64,000 nt of DNA from an uncultured virus (IMG/VR IMGVR_UViG_3300021960_000038) (Duplodnaviria; Heunggongvirae; Uroviricota; Caudoviricetes), in the IMG/VR virus record IMGVR_UViG_3300021960_000038, one strand, 5' to 3'. Every line of letters starts with the position of its first letter. Position 1 is the stretch's first letter. Under the pieces are notes generated by a model. The model was given only the letters and a program-made list of their open reading frames with translations. It did not search any database and was not told the DNA's origin. Shown one piece after another: positions 26,935 to 36,128 of this stretch. The translations under genes were made by a program, and so were the position numbers.

Positions 26935-28042
26935 CCTTACCATCACCTTGTTCAGTATGTACATGAGTAGAGAGTTCTATGCCTTTACCTGTGACTTCAC
27001 CTTCGGCAACGATATTTTTTGTCACCGTGACTTCAGCATCGATTGCTACAGTGGGTGCGGTCATATTAATATTTCCTGTGGAAGTAATATTGGTATCACC
27101 ACCGACCGTGATATTTGCATTGCCTTGTGCGACATTAATGGTCACATTACCTGACTCTACATGGACGATGGCACTACCACCGATATATAAATGATCATCT
27201 TTGCAAATAACCTCATAATGATCATTCACCACACGATGAACTTCATCTCCATCCTGCCATATTTCTTTATAAGTACCAGAGCGATGGAAGTCTACGATTC
27301 GTTCGCGTCCTGGAGTATCATCCACACTAAAATAATGACCACTTTCCGTCTCAGTGACTTTATTATATGGATATTGTGTTGCTGTAGTGTCTTTAGTTTT
27401 CTCAGGTAATTCAAATACACTGAGAGTTGTGGGTTTGTAAGTGGGTTCACTGCCATTGATTGCTTTATCTGACACATCGGTCTGATCCCTGTATAAAGGA
27501 TAATAAGGCAGATCGTCAGTCGTGAGTGTTTTTTCAGTGATGGTACTTGCCGTGCCATCGAGTTTTATTTCTACAGACTCAGGATGCTTGGGTGCTTTAT
27601 CTAATGCTGCTGTGAGTCCCCAAGAACGAGAAGGATCTTGCACTGGATTGATTCCATCGGGAGTGTCGTCATAGTCTGTGGCTGTTAATCGACGAGGATC
27701 ATTAAATCCATCTTCCACACTGGGAGTGATGAGTTGATTTTTTATATCCTTGCGTGCTCCAGAGGATGGAATACCCAAAGAAGAACCCAAGACGATAAAA
27801 TTTTGCTTGGCATTATCAGTGAAAACACCGATCACAGTGGATCCTTCAATCAAACCATGAGTGGTCTTGCCTATACCTGAGAGCGATGCTTCTGTCGTGG
27901 GCATGATCACACTTGACCATGGTAAATCTGCCGATGCTATTTGTTGTTTGTCATGCGTATGTATCCCATGTACACGCACACGCACTCGTCCCACTCCTAG
28001 TGGGTCGTGCCTATCTTCTACCATTCCATAATATAATTCCAT
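26915..28042 (-). CDS. gp5: Baseplate central spike gp5 (no lysozyme domain; HxH apex)
   Basis: GMVEDRHDPLGVGRVRVRVHG OB-fold; YPYNKV.ETESGH..DDTPG.ERI..HRSGT; beta-helix repeats; LSTHVH near the C-terminus. Confidence 0.92.
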   Translation of the reverse strand: MELYYGMVEDRHDPLGVGRVRVRVHGIHTHDKQQIASADLPWSSVIMPTTEASLSGIGKTTHGLIEGSTVIGVFTDNAKQNFIVLGSSLGIPSSGARKDIKNQLITPSVEDGFNDPRRLTATDYDDTPDGINPVQDPSRSWGLTAALDKAPKHPESVEIKLDGTASTITEKTLTTDDLPYYPLYRDQTDVSDKAINGSEPTYKPTTLSVFELPEKTKDTTATQYPYNKVTETESGHYFSVDDTPGRERIVDFHRSGTYKEIWQDGDEVHRVVNDHYEVICKDDHLYIGGSAIVHVESGNVTINVAQGNANITVGGDTNITSTGNINMTAPTVAIDAEVTVTKNIVAEGEVTGKGIELSTHVHTEQGDGKDVSKPK

Positions 28043-29499
28043 TAATCGCTCCTATAAGCATCACTCACTTCGAGTTTGCTGGTTTCTATTTCTGCTGCGA
28101 GGGATTCTTTCACACATTCTAGATGACAGAAAGATTCTTTGGTTGCTGTTTTAAATTCGTATTTAATTCCAGTGATTAAAAATTGATTATCATCGAAAGG
28201 ATTTTTGACGATATTATCATCGACTTGCACCATAGGTATTTCCGCATGTAACACCAGACCACATTGAATATCCGTACGACCTGGAATGGTAATACGAGTG
28301 ACATTCTGATGTAAGAGTTTCTCCATGGCATTGCGTTCAAAGGAATCGGCACTGTCGCTGTCAAAGTCTATGTTACGAAACACATCGTTGGCAGTATAAT
28401 CGTCACTCACGCCAAAACGATGGTTCATGTTCTGTGATATTTTATAATGAGCATCGTAAGACTTAGTCAAATTGGTATCAATATCCACTTCTCTGTAGTC
28501 TGGTGGTGTATCTTCATCTATCACTTCTCCACCCTCAACGATCTTTTCAAAGTCATCAGATATGCGTACAACAGGATATCCCGATAAATGTCCTTTCGGA
28601 TTGCGTTTATATACTTCACCCAGATCAAATAATACATCTTTGGATATTTTAGTGATCATGTCGTAGGAGTTTTTGCGTCCAGCATACATTCCCATCTCTA
28701 ATCCTTCGACAATATTAAATCTTTTGCTCGTGGTCACAGAGAGTATTTGTGTTGCCTTGCCACTTTCCTTGTCCTCTAGAGTTTTACTAGCAGAGTCGAC
28801 TTGTGTCGATCGTGCTAAATTGTAAGTAAATTCCAGAGGGAACTTCATTTGCAACATGCTATCGATCGATGCGAAACGAAATCCACCATTGACTGTTTGA
28901 TAAAAGAAGAAAGGATTCGACCACACTGCATCACTGTCCATGGTCATGGACTCTTGAGTTAAATAATCAATGGTTTGATGTACAGTCCAGTTAGGTATAA
29001 TAAACTGCAGATTGTCAGGTTTGGTTTCTTCAAATAAATCGAACTCTTCTTTGGATATATGTGCTTTATCAATACATAGATTCGCAATCATATCAGAGAT
29101 GGCACCTCTATAGGTAGTACTGAGTCGTGCCTTGCGTGTAAAGAACATGCGAGGATCCACCAAATGAATAATATAAGTATACAAACTAGATGAGACTCTT
29201 TCTACATCGGTGATCTTGTATATACGCAGATTCTTATCAATCGTATAAGATTTTGCTGCTTCTTCGCCAGTGCCTTCGTATTGAGATAATTTAATATGCA
29301 CATACTCTTGCCCAAAGACTCTAAATCGCTCTAATAGATTCAACCCATCAAAGACTCTCAGAGTTCCAGTAATAAAAGTATCGAATATATTTTCATAGAG
29401 GTCTATCTGTCCGACTGCTGCCTGAATGTCACTGGTCTCACCCTCTTGATTGGCAAGAGTAATGCAGTGAACTTTAAATTGACCTCTTTGTGTACTCAT
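28042..29499 (-). CDS. Baseplate hub protein, gp27-like
   Basis: IDLYENIF..FITG.L...D..NL, FIIPNW, FFFYQT..GFRF.SID; lies between gp53 and gp5. Confidence 0.7.
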   Translation of the reverse strand: MSTQRGQFKVHCITLANQEGETSDIQAAVGQIDLYENIFDTFITGTLRVFDGLNLLERFRVFGQEYVHIKLSQYEGTGEEAAKSYTIDKNLRIYKITDVERVSSSLYTYIIHLVDPRMFFTRKARLSTTYRGAISDMIANLCIDKAHISKEEFDLFEETKPDNLQFIIPNWTVHQTIDYLTQESMTMDSDAVWSNPFFFYQTVNGGFRFASIDSMLQMKFPLEFTYNLARSTQVDSASKTLEDKESGKATQILSVTTSKRFNIVEGLEMGMYAGRKNSYDMITKISKDVLFDLGEVYKRNPKGHLSGYPVVRISDDFEKIVEGGEVIDEDTPPDYREVDIDTNLTKSYDAHYKISQNMNHRFGVSDDYTANDVFRNIDFDSDSADSFERNAMEKLLHQNVTRITIPGRTDIQCGLVLHAEIPMVQVDDNIVKNPFDDNQFLITGIKYEFKTATKESFCHLECVKESLAAEIETSKLEVSDAYRSD

Positions 29500-29730
29500 T
29501 TATAAACTAAGGGATTCGGGAGGGGTTGCTAGTGGAGACCACACATAAGAGACTTTGCGTCGGTCGAGTTCTACGATGCACTTTCTGCGTTGCTTGCTTT
29601 TGCATCGCTCTTCACCATTAATATATTTTAACAGCATCTCAGTGGTTAGTTGTTTAATATAATAATGAGTTGTTTTGAATGATCCGTCTTTTTGTCGAAC
29701 GATATCGCTTTTTTTAAATTTCATGGGCAT
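29500..29730 (-). CDS. Conserved hypothetical basic protein
   Basis: Clean ORF with RBS; HYYIKQ...KQRRKC..EL.RR. Confidence 0.6.
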   Translation of the reverse strand: MPMKFKKSDIVRQKDGSFKTTHYYIKQLTTEMLLKYINGEERCKSKQRRKCIVELDRRKVSYVWSPLATPPESLSL

Positions 29731-29748
29731 AATATAATTTCCTATAGT

Positions 29749-30477
29749 TTATGTAATGGACATGATGGATTCGAACTCGCGAACCACCTGTCGTATGTAA
29801 CGAGGTTCAATGATCTTAATGCGTCGTTTCTCCTCATTGAGATTTCTTTCATGTTCTTCATTGGTCACCACTGTGTTGGTTGGATTGTCTAAGTTACTCC
29901 AAACACCAGAAGTTTCTAAATAATGATGCACAGCATCCCTATGTTTTGATGTGGAAGCGAGAGTAAAGGATCTTCCACTGATATTTCCTGTAATGGTATT
30001 GCCTGCTATCGCCTGTAATGCACCATCATAGACCGCAACGATGCGTTTCATGGTGGCATTGATTTCACATAAACGACCTGTTGCTCCATTGGAAGAGGTA
30101 AATGCTTCCCCTAATAAAAACTTGCCAGAACTTGTGAGAATATCTGTGCTATTTGTTGCGTTTAACACATATCCAGGATACTTTTCATTCATAAATGCAT
30201 CAAAAATAACACTATCGCGATACCAATCATTCATGGATCCAAGGAAATCATTGACTAAAAAGAAAGTCCAATACAAATCCCCATCCCCATACAGTCGCGA
30301 AGCAACCACATCGGGTCTATCTCCTTCTTGGACTTCGTAATAGGTATAATTAATGATGGAATCGATGCGTTCATTCTCTATCTTCGCTTTGCGAAATAGA
30401 TCTTTAATGGTAGCATAGTTACCATCAGAAAATTTATATTGAATCTCTGGGAAGTTTGCGAAATATTGATTACTCAT
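29749..30477 (-). CDS. gp53: Baseplate wedge component gp53
   Basis: YFANFPEIQY, Y.VQEGDRPD.VA..LYGD..LYW, NEEKRRIKII. Confidence 0.92.
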   Translation of the reverse strand: MSNQYFANFPEIQYKFSDGNYATIKDLFRKAKIENERIDSIINYTYYEVQEGDRPDVVASRLYGDGDLYWTFFLVNDFLGSMNDWYRDSVIFDAFMNEKYPGYVLNATNSTDILTSSGKFLLGEAFTSSNGATGRLCEINATMKRIVAVYDGALQAIAGNTITGNISGRSFTLASTSKHRDAVHHYLETSGVWSNLDNPTNTVVTNEEHERNLNEEKRRIKIIEPRYIRQVVREFESIMSIT

Positions 30478-30480
30478 GTT

Positions 30481-31515
30481 TTAGGTTCCAGGTCTTTGGG
30501 GTCCAGTATTTCTTGCCACACCCTCTATATCCCAATCTTTACCGATTGCGAACTCTCTATAATTCTGACGAGATAGGATCTTAGTTTCAGTTAGATTCAG
30601 ACCCATGGTGATACGAGTAGGATAACCATCGGCAAATGCTGTAAACTTCTGCCCTCCTGTATAATCCACATTCATTCCAGTAATAATCATTCCAGGAAGA
30701 TATCCTTCTACTTTATCTTTGATGGGACCTTTGTATTTAATATTCCATTGTGGTGGATAAACTAAAAACAAATCATTTTCTGCTGTTTTGGGTAGCATTC
30801 TGAGTCTAAATGCTGTGATGATCTTTTGTACTTCTTGTGCTTCTTTAAAAGACTTGGGTTGAAAGGTCCATGAGAAGTCAAAGGTTCGGAAGGGCACGTC
30901 TTTGAGGAAAGTTTCTCTAAGAGGGTTTGCTGCTTTTCCTGAGACTTTATTAATGAGTTTCCCTGCATCACCTAATGCTGCTTCTCCAGTTTGCCTTGCG
31001 AATCTTTCCGCAAGATTTTTAATCAGTCCTGATCCTTGTACTCCTGTAAGGTTATCCGATCCATCTTCACCCTTTGCTGAGGTTGCCACTGCTGCTGAGA
31101 TCGCTCCGATATCTGCAGTTTCATAAGTGACTGATGAATTTTGATTGAGTCCATCAGGAATATATAATTCTATTTTAATATCTGGTAGTAGTTCGGAATT
31201 CCGACTGGCAGTATCTTCTGCACGGAATACAATGGCATTGGGTAGAGATTCTTCAAAGGGAAACTTGAGTATCGTGAACTTTCCTTGGGGTGTTTGTTTC
31301 GCAAGTCGTGGAGTCAATGTACCACTCTTAGAGAGTGCTTTGATTGAATTGCGTCTTTTATCGAGTTCGCTTTTTGCTTTTTCACGCAACTCGCCGAGAG
31401 CATCATTCGCAGAGGTATAGTTCTTGCCCTTAATCTTGGCTGAAATACCTTTGAGTGTATTGTATGCTTCTTTTGCGGAACCGACTTTATCGAGGATCTT
31501 GTTAATGCTTGCCAT
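30481..31515 (-). CDS. gp48: Baseplate tail-tube cap gp48
   Basis: LYIPD, ANP.RE..L....RTFDFSWTFQPKS.KEA, L.YP, L.LTETKILS. Confidence 0.85.
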   Translation of the reverse strand: MASINKILDKVGSAKEAYNTLKGISAKIKGKNYTSANDALGELREKAKSELDKRRNSIKALSKSGTLTPRLAKQTPQGKFTILKFPFEESLPNAIVFRAEDTASRNSELLPDIKIELYIPDGLNQNSSVTYETADIGAISAAVATSAKGEDGSDNLTGVQGSGLIKNLAERFARQTGEAALGDAGKLINKVSGKAANPLRETFLKDVPFRTFDFSWTFQPKSFKEAQEVQKIITAFRLRMLPKTAENDLFLVYPPQWNIKYKGPIKDKVEGYLPGMIITGMNVDYTGGQKFTAFADGYPTRITMGLNLTETKILSRQNYREFAIGKDWDIEGVARNTGPQRPGT

Positions 31516-31547
31516 ATAAATACTTCCAATATATACAGTTATTTATA
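31515..31547. promoter_or_regulatory. Pair of oppositely oriented late promoters for gp4 and gp48
   Basis: TATAAATA on + at 31515-31522 and on - at 31540-31547. Confidence 0.75.
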
Positions 31548-31553
31548 CTCATT

Positions 31554-31991
31554 ATGGCATACAGTGGAAGATTCAGTTGTAAGAACCCAAAGAAATATCG
31601 TGGTGATCCGACAAAGATCTACTATCGATCACTCTGGGAAAGACGATTCATGGTGTATTGTGATAACAACGATGCAATATTAGAATGGGCATCGGAAGAG
31701 TTCTTTATTCCCTATCGTTCCCCTGTAGATAATAAAGTCCATCGATACTTCCCAGACTTCTTTATTAAATATAAAAAGAAAGATGGATCAATCGGCAACG
31801 ATGTCATAGAGGTCAAACCCAAAGCACAGACGAAACCACCCAAACCTCGTTCGCGACGCACGAGAACTTATTTGCGTGAAGTGAGTAGATACCTCGTCAA
31901 CGAGGCAAAGTTTAAAGCAGCAGAAGAGTTCTGTCTGAATAGGAAGTATGGGTTTCGTATATTAACAGAAGACGATCTGTTAGTAAAGTAG
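31554..31991 (+). CDS. gp4: Head completion nuclease gp4
   Basis: MAYSG.F...NP.KY.GDPT.I.YRSLWERRFM.YCD, HRYFPDF, IEVKP, N.AK..AA. Confidence 0.95.
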   Translation: MAYSGRFSCKNPKKYRGDPTKIYYRSLWERRFMVYCDNNDAILEWASEEFFIPYRSPVDNKVHRYFPDFFIKYKKKDGSIGNDVIEVKPKAQTKPPKPRSRRTRTYLREVSRYLVNEAKFKAAEEFCLNRKYGFRILTEDDLLVK

Positions 31992-33077
31992 ATTGTTTAA
32001 TTCAGCAAAGAAATCACTGAGAGGAATGCCAAAGGCAACCAATATAATATCATAGGTTTCATGAAATATTATAAATTTATTACCTGCTCCTGATCCAAAT
32101 ATCCATCCATCCTTATTATAAAATCCATATCCATAATTCCATGGCATTCCTTCGCATAGATTATACTCAGGATAGTTTGTAGGATCGGGAACATAGCATG
32201 AGTCTGGTGTATGTTGCGTTTCGAACATGGAATCACAGAGTTTCACAGGCATGACTTGCGTTGCGTCCCATTGACACGAGCGAGACCAGAAGTATCCATA
32301 TCGTGCTAAGTCAGGCAGATCCATATAAATGCCACCATATACAGTTGGATCACCTTGCTCAGTTGTGGTGAGGTCTGCACTGCGAATCCCCAACAGATTA
32401 TTAATGTCCGTGACCCAGTCGCGAACATCGCAGTTGCACTCATTTTGCAAGGCAATCGTCTGTAATACGATATTTCCATTATTATAATACCAATGACCAT
32501 AATCGCGATCAATGGTGGTGGTGGATTGTATTAAATTAAAAGGATCATTTAAATACCATTCAGCATTCAATCGTTTAAGTGATACGAATCCACTCTTCAT
32601 CGCCATGAGATCGCGAAACGAACGAGAGTACATACTACCCTGTTCAATGTCAACCCACCAGTCTACATAGTCAACGATGTTTGCATCCCAGGATATCTTC
32701 GCTTCGTCCATGTAATGTACATAAGAAGTAATATAAATGCTCTTAGTGAGCGATGCTGTGAGTTGGGATTCATATTGATTAAATGTATTATATGCTTCAT
32801 CGATAATATATCCGTCTTTGACGAGTATAAAAGATCCTTGCGTGAACTTATTCCTCAGAGCGAGGACTTTATCATCGGAAAGAGAAACTTCACTGGGGGT
32901 TGCTGTTTCCCAGGAAGAAGAGGGATATGTTTTATCTAGTCTCGTGGTGGGTGTGGGTTGAGAGTTCCCAGTCAATGCTGAGTCTATAGTTGTGGCACTG
33001 CTGCTTGGCGTGCTCCCTCCCCCACTTCCACAGGACATAAGGAGTGAAATCGATAAAACATATCCGATTCGATTCAT
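31980..33077 (-). CDS. Lipoprotein serine hydrolase, beta-lactamase/PBP-like
   Basis: LLMSC lipobox plus Ser/Gly linker; SLTK (SxxK); WYYNN (YxN); DLARYG; YGYGF..GSGAG. Confidence 0.8.
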   Translation of the reverse strand: MNRIGYVLSISLLMSCGSGGGSTPSSSATTIDSALTGNSQPTPTTRLDKTYPSSSWETATPSEVSLSDDKVLALRNKFTQGSFILVKDGYIIDEAYNTFNQYESQLTASLTKSIYITSYVHYMDEAKISWDANIVDYVDWWVDIEQGSMYSRSFRDLMAMKSGFVSLKRLNAEWYLNDPFNLIQSTTTIDRDYGHWYYNNGNIVLQTIALQNECNCDVRDWVTDINNLLGIRSADLTTTEQGDPTVYGGIYMDLPDLARYGYFWSRSCQWDATQVMPVKLCDSMFETQHTPDSCYVPDPTNYPEYNLCEGMPWNYGYGFYNKDGWIFGSGAGNKFIIFHETYDIILVAFGIPLSDFFAELNNLLY

Positions 33078-33179
33078 ATTATTTAATGACTCCCTTGTAT
33101 TTTAAAAATTCTATACTGATCCAACCAAATAACCAATTGATTCGATTGTCTTGCTGGATGTTAATTTGCTTGTCGTACA

Positions 33180-33464
33180 TTATAGTCTTGAGATCTTGCC
33201 CAAAATGTTATCGACTTGTGGATCATTTAAATGCCCAATCACATCATCAGTGATTGGGGTTGAATAACATAGTTCTCCGTCTTCCAGTACTGCGACTTCC
33301 CAGAGTCCATGGTTTCCACCATACGATCCAGCATGTTTGATCACACTGGCACCATACCCATTGGGGAATTTATATTCCTGATAGATTCCAGGAGGTCGGT
33401 GGTCACTTCCGTCCGAGACATACTCGGACACGAAGTATGGTGAATTTTTTCCAAAATGACTCAT
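33180..33464 (-). CDS. Conserved phage hypothetical protein
   Basis: YKFPNGYGASVI...SYGG..GLWEVAVL...DVIGHL motif. Confidence 0.8.
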   Translation of the reverse strand: MSHFGKNSPYFVSEYVSDGSDHRPPGIYQEYKFPNGYGASVIKHAGSYGGNHGLWEVAVLEDGELCYSTPITDDVIGHLNDPQVDNILGKISRL

Positions 33465-33781
33465 AGTGTTAACTCCTTATTATCTTGTAGCATTTGATGG
33501 AGATCAGTTTTATTAAATACCTGCTCCCATGGGCAATAGTCATAGATATTGCCAGTGTCATGATCAATACAAAACATCACGAGTGTTTCACCTAATGTTT
33601 TCTTTCTTGTAAGGATTTTATTCGCAATCCCAAACTCTTTCGCCAGAGGATTTAATTGCTCTATAGAATTATAATATCCTAGACAATCTGCTTCTAGATT
33701 TCCATCTTTATCAAGCAGTTCCCAATACAGACCATATCTGCCGTCTTCACTATTCAGTATACTCATGATCGGTTCAACCAT
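33461..33781 (-). CDS. Hypothetical protein
   Basis: Overlapping ORF in the early-gene run. Confidence 0.55.
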   Translation of the reverse strand: MVEPIMSILNSEDGRYGLYWELLDKDGNLEADCLGYYNSIEQLNPLAKEFGIANKILTRKKTLGETLVMFCIDHDTGNIYDYCPWEQVFNKTDLHQMLQDNKELTL

Positions 33782-33942
33782 TTTTGTTCAACGATCAGTT
33801 CTCGTGCCTTCTTACGAGGTTGCACATTGTTCATAGCAATCTCAAAGTTAGACTCAGACAACTCCATGATGACCTCGCGATCACTCATGCGTTCTACCAT
33901 TCTCTCAATGGTCGCGAGGACCGATTGAGTCACATTAGTCAT
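33763..33942 (-). CDS. Small hypothetical protein (paralog family)
   Basis: VERMSDREV...ARELI pattern; start taken at MTNV. Confidence 0.55.
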   Translation of the reverse strand: MTNVTQSVLATIERMVERMSDREVIMELSESNFEIAMNNVQPRKKARELIVEQKWLNRS

Positions 33943-33955
33943 TTGTACTTCCATC

Positions 33956-34177
33956 TTAATGAAAACTCCTTTTAACACCATTCACAACTAAGAAATCAAC
34001 CTCGACTTCACCGATGATTGAAATCTCACCTCTAGCACGAACCATACGATTCAATAGAGTCCAAGACTCATTCAACTGAGCACCCTTGTCAAGTGCTAGT
34101 TGCATTTCCTTGCCATTCAAAGGCAACTCAACTTCTTGCCCAGTGGCAAGATGCGTTCCAATTATACCATTTATCAT
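33956..34177 (-). CDS. Hypothetical protein
   Basis: GAGGAGG RBS; TAATG coupling. Confidence 0.65.
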   Translation of the reverse strand: MINGIIGTHLATGQEVELPLNGKEMQLALDKGAQLNESWTLLNRMVRARGEISIIGEVEVDFLVVNGVKRSFH

Positions 34178-34362
34178 TATGCTACCTCCTCTGTAGATAA
34201 TTGATTGAAGATTCTGAAAGTTAATAACTCTCTTGCTTGATCAAGGTTCAGTCCCCACTGTGATACGATAATACCAAAGTTTAAATGAAGCACTTGTCTT
34301 ACTTTATTGTCTGACATTTCACTTACAATGTCAATCGCTTCTTGTTTAAATTCACAACTCAT
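34177..34362 (-). CDS. Small hypothetical protein (paralog family)
   Basis: AGGAG RBS before MSCEF; VSEMSDNKV...ARELL. Confidence 0.65.
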   Translation of the reverse strand: MSCEFKQEAIDIVSEMSDNKVRQVLHLNFGIIVSQWGLNLDQARELLTFRIFNQLSTEEVA

Positions 34363-34399
34363 TTTCACTCCTAAGTTTAATTTATTTTTCATTATAATA

Positions 34400-34430
34400 A
34401 TCATACTAAAAAACGATGAGTGTCGTAAAG
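34400..34430 (-). promoter_or_regulatory. Repeated early-type promoter, copy 1
   Basis: CTTTACGACACTCATCGTTTTTTAGTATGAT; -10 TATGAT. Confidence 0.75.
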
Positions 34431-34434
34431 CATT

Positions 34435-34617
34435 TTAGACAAAATATTCAGATATTTTTTTAAAGGTTCGACGTGACTTAGAAAACTGTTTCATGGGTTT
34501 TTTAAACTTCTTGTCGTTGTACTGAACCAACTCATCCTTTGCGTTCAGATGATATTGCCCATTCTTAAACTCCCAGTCGGTCGTTTCCTGATATACAGTG
34601 ATCACTTCTTTGCTCAT
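34435..34617 (-). CDS. Hypothetical protein
   Basis: QETTDW...YHLN...KPMKQFSKSRRTF; GGAG RBS; ATGA overlap. Confidence 0.65.
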   Translation of the reverse strand: MSKEVITVYQETTDWEFKNGQYHLNAKDELVQYNDKKFKKPMKQFSKSRRTFKKISEYFV

Positions 34618-34796
34618 GATCTCTCTCCCAGTCTAATTAAATGAAATAATTGGTCACGATGCACTTCTTCTATGGAAGTCGCTTCGGAATTCATAGACCA
34701 TAAAGGTACTCCATAATCAAACTCAATTGAATGCCTAACTTGTGCGATGGTTAAATCATCCACCATCGCTCTTATATCTTCATGTCTATTCATCAT
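34614..34796 (-). CDS. Small hypothetical protein (paralog family)
   Basis: GAGGAGG RBS; ATGA overlap. Confidence 0.6.
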   Translation of the reverse strand: MMNRHEDIRAMVDDLTIAQVRHSIEFDYGVPLWSMNSEATSIEEVHRDQLFHLIRLGERS

Positions 34797-35314
34797 GATG
34801 CTACCTCCTCAGAGACCTGCTGTTGTAGAGCAGGATCATCGTCACGAAACCATCCTTGCGGAGTCTTATAAGACCTTACATAGTCCTTTCGTATCCCTTT
34901 CGGTGCCATCGTCCAAGACTCAGATCGAGCAATGATCGGTTTTGCTATGGCATCCTCTTCATCGAAGACACGATGCGTTCTAGCAATCCAATGATCACCA
35001 TCGTAAGACATTTCAACAGGAGTCTCCCAAGCAGGTGTAATTGGATCTCCACCATCGCCATCTTTACCTAGATCGCGAAAATGATACCCTATGACATATT
35101 CTTTAGAGGTTGCATGTTCATATTCGAGCAACGAAGTTAGAGTAGGAATACCCTCTCTTTCAATGCGTTCCTCATCACTCACAGAGATATCCGTGACAAA
35201 ATGAGTGGTTCCACCTTTAAATTTCCAATAAGTCTCATCGACTCCATGCACATAACCTTCGTTATGAGCAGCATAATTTTCACAATACTGTGTTTCAATG
35301 ATCAATGTACGCAT
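34793..35314 (-). CDS. Conserved phage hypothetical protein
   Basis: IETQYCENYAAH...YWKFKGG motif; GGGAG RBS. Confidence 0.75.
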   Translation of the reverse strand: MRTLIIETQYCENYAAHNEGYVHGVDETYWKFKGGTTHFVTDISVSDEERIEREGIPTLTSLLEYEHATSKEYVIGYHFRDLGKDGDGGDPITPAWETPVEMSYDGDHWIARTHRVFDEEDAIAKPIIARSESWTMAPKGIRKDYVRSYKTPQGWFRDDDPALQQQVSEEVAS

Positions 35315-35419
35315 GTTATGCTCCCACCCAAATAATTAAACAAATAAAAAACTGTGGCATTATATACCACTTAACTAACCACTTATAATCTATCATATTC
35401 ACTCCTTTATTATCATACT

Positions 35420-35450
35420 AGTATATAAAAAAACGATGGGTGTGGTAAAG
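35420..35450 (-). promoter_or_regulatory. Repeated early-type promoter, copy 2
   Basis: CTTTACCACACCCATCGTTTTTTTATATACT; -10 TATACT; heads the early island. Confidence 0.75.
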
Positions 35451-35464
35451 TCCTACACATTGCG

Positions 35465-35472
35465 TATAAATA
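35465..35472 (+). promoter_or_regulatory. T4-type late promoter
   Basis: Exact TATAAATA 5 nt before the ATG at 35478. Confidence 0.8.
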
Positions 35473-35477
35473 GTATT

Positions 35478-36128
35478 ATGGCTGCAGGGCAAATAGTACG
35501 AACAATGGTAAAAGGTGTGATCTATGAAAATATCGTAGATCAGACTTCGGTACTTTCAGAGGGTGTACTCGATACACTCAAGCGAGAAGCACAAAGAAAC
35601 AATATCGACACGATCTCGCGAGAGAGTATAGATTGGTTTCGTAAGACAGCAAGCAAACTGCGTAATGTATCCATGCGTGGTATTCTAGAAGATAATGCAA
35701 CGACCACAAGACCCTCTATGGGTAGCATGTTAATGTTTATGTATGATCCAATAGGTCGTACCAAGTTACCTTATTATGATGCATTTCCATTGGTGATTCC
35801 TGTAAAGAAAGCACCTGGAGGTTTCCATGGTTTGAATCTGCATTATCTACCTTTACCCTTGCGTGCTGCATTTCTAGATGAACTACTCAATAGAACATCT
35901 GGACGTGATGAGAATAGAAGATTTAGATTGACATATGAGTTACTTAAGAACTCAGCAAAACTCAGTGAATTTAAACCTTGTTACAAACATTATCTCACAA
36001 AACAAATAAATAGTCGTATCGCTAAAATAAGTCCAGAACATTGGACGAGTGTTGCTTTCTTACCCACTGAAAGGTTCCAGAAAGCATCTAAGAATACTGT
36101 TTGGCGAGATAGTAGAGGAAAAATATAA
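35478..36128 (+). CDS. gp2: DNA end protector gp2
   Basis: MFMYDP...LPYYDAFPLV, GLNLHYLP, KPCYKHYL, FLPTERF, VW.DSR. Confidence 0.93.
   Translation: MAAGQIVRTMVKGVIYENIVDQTSVLSEGVLDTLKREAQRNNIDTISRESIDWFRKTASKLRNVSMRGILEDNATTTRPSMGSMLMFMYDPIGRTKLPYYDAFPLVIPVKKAPGGFHGLNLHYLPLPLRAAFLDELLNRTSGRDENRRFRLTYELLKNSAKLSEFKPCYKHYLTKQINSRIAKISPEHWTSVAFLPTERFQKASKNTVWRDSRGKI

Noticed and set aside
197..31420. Numerous plus-strand ORFs over the structural genes (e.g. 464-841, 2806-3216, 9212-9616, 14007-14390)
   Set aside because: They are antisense shadows of Gly/Ser/Thr-rich or repeat genes, with no RBS or recognisable motifs.
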